Below, in pieces: positions 62,463 through 64,000 of a DNA stretch of 64,000 nucleotides. Location: the NCBI RefSeq assembly GCF_964355755.1, contig NC_092675.1:11031812-11095811 (forward strand). The letters are read 5' to 3'. Each line of letters opens with the position of its first letter. The stretch's first letter is position 1. This DNA is from Antedon mediterranea (lineage: Eukaryota > Animalia > Echinodermata). The notes under the pieces are model-generated. The model worked only from the letters and a program-made list of their open reading frames with translations, made no database searches and was not told the DNA's origin. Made by a program: the position numbers and the translations under genes.

Positions 62463-64000
62463 AGATGCGGGTATTCAAGTAGAATATTTAAACCCATCAT
62501 TCTTAGTAAAGAAAGACAGCGGAGGATTCCGCCTTGTAACCGCCTTTGCGGATGTCGGTCGATACGCGAAACCTCAGCCTTCACTAATGCCCGACGTAAA
62601 CTCTGTACTTCGTCATATCGCTAGGTGGAAGTACATTATCTCTACAGACCTCACTAAGGCATTTTATCAGATACCGCTTTCACGCGAATCGATGAAGTAC
62701 TGCGGAGTGGCCACGCCCTTCAGAGGAATCCGTGTATACGCCAGGTCTGCTATGGGAATGCCGGGATCTGAAACAGCGCTGGAGGAACTAACCTGCCGCG
62801 TCTTAGGAGAGCTCCTCTCTGAAGGCGTCATTGCCAAGATTGCAGACGATCTCTACTGCGGAGGAGACACCCTAGATGAGTTACTTTGCAACTGGCGCCG
62901 ACTGCTGTCCGAACTTTATAGATGCGGCCTCAGTCTCTCAGCAAGTAAAACATTTATCTGCCCAAAAACTACCACTATACTCGGGTGGACATGGTCCCTT
63001 GGCACGTTAAGAGCCAATCCACATCGTATTTCGACGCTCGCTACGTGTTCTCCCCCTAAGACTGTAAAGGGCCTCCGATCGTTCATTGGGGCGTATAAAG
63101 TGCTCGCACGGGTTATCCCCAACTGCGCTTCCATCCTCACACCTTTAGACGATGCTGTGGCTGGCCGACAGTCCCAAGACAAAATCACGTGGTGTGATGC
63201 CCTTTGTGAAGATTTTCAGACTGCTCAAAAGTTGCTCACAACCAGCCAAACAATCACGTTACCCCATCCAGATGACCAGCTTTGGATAGTCACTGATGGT
63301 TCAGTAAAAAGACACGGAATTGGGGCAACACTATACATTAGACGTGACGATAGTCTGCGGATCTCCGGATTCTTTAGTGCCAAACTTAGAGCTCGACAGC
63401 TTACGTGGCTCCCGTGTGAGATCGAAGCCCTGGCAATCGCTGTCGCAGTTAAGCATTTTAGTCCATATGTTGTTCAATCTACTAAACGAGCTTGTGTTTT
63501 AACTGACAGTAAACCGTGCGTGCAGGCTTTTGAAAAGCTTTGCCGGGGTGAATTTTCCGTGAGCCCCAGAGTATCAACTTTCCTGTCCTCCGCTAGCCGA
63601 TACCAGGTTTCCGTTCGATACCTAGCTGGTTCCGCGAATGTTCCCTCAGACTTCGCAAGCCGCAATGCTCCTGAATGCATTGATGCCAATTGCCAGGTAT
63701 GTTCCTTTGTTCAGCGCTCTGAGGAATCAGTTGTACTCAGAATCGCTTCACACGATTTCATCACAGGTCAATCCAAGTTGCCCTTCACAAGTAGGTCCGC
63801 ATGGCTTTCACTACAATCGGAATGCCCTGATTTACGTAGGGTACACGCCCACTTAATCCAAGGTACGCGTCCTTCTAAAAAGGTTACCGATAAGAGAGAT
63901 GTCAAACGCCACCTCGCTGTCGCATCACTTAGCAAAGACAACCTTCTCGTGTCTCTCGTTCATGAGCCACTTGCTCCTCCACGAGAAAGAATTATTGTTC
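62461..64000 (+). CDS. Gypsy pol RT + RNase H, read as open to the window end (absent from the ORF track)
   Basis: [76 protein letters not shown]. Confidence 0.9.

Larger units (their letters stand above)
60820..64000 (+). mobile_element. Gypsy/Ty3-type LTR retrotransposon (partial LTR, PBS-like TGGTGGCAGC, deleted gag 5' end, protease, RT, RNase H); runs off the window
   Basis: Gag C-terminus RTLATIKPEISQAMDSLLDEL and knuckle CPLCKQAGRKHDSHFLSGC. Protease IDSGATGN. The left boundary is approximate. Confidence 0.88.

Overview
AT-rich, intron-rich eukaryotic (animal) DNA. A Deu/Nin-domain SINE and the transposon mix suggest a marine invertebrate deuterostome such as an echinoderm, but this is inference. 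Two host genes lie on the + strand. The first is the 3' part of a basonuclin/disconnected-family C2H2 zinc-finger gene (exons 3566-3801 and 4736-7030). The second is a long multi-exon gene that the ORF track largely misses. I rebuilt it by hand from 13 phase-compatible GT-AG exons (10003 to at least 42521); it encodes three tandem Cys/His repeats (C..CxCxx[YF]...CxxCxHxxxxHR), a basic region and WD40-like repeats. Its introns and the rest of the window hold many, often nested, mobile elements: a Penelope-like retroelement inserted exactly at a splice acceptor and carrying a variant hammerhead ribozyme, a decayed AcademX DNA transposon whose terminal inverted repeat (TIR) is split by a LINE that in turn contains a hAT MITE, L2/Crack LINEs with Kolobok and SINE insertions, a non-autonomous Helitron, foldback and MULE-type MITEs, a second orphan hammerhead, and a Gypsy element with an IADD reverse-transcriptase motif that runs off the right edge. 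All calls come from reading the sequence; no database searches were run.
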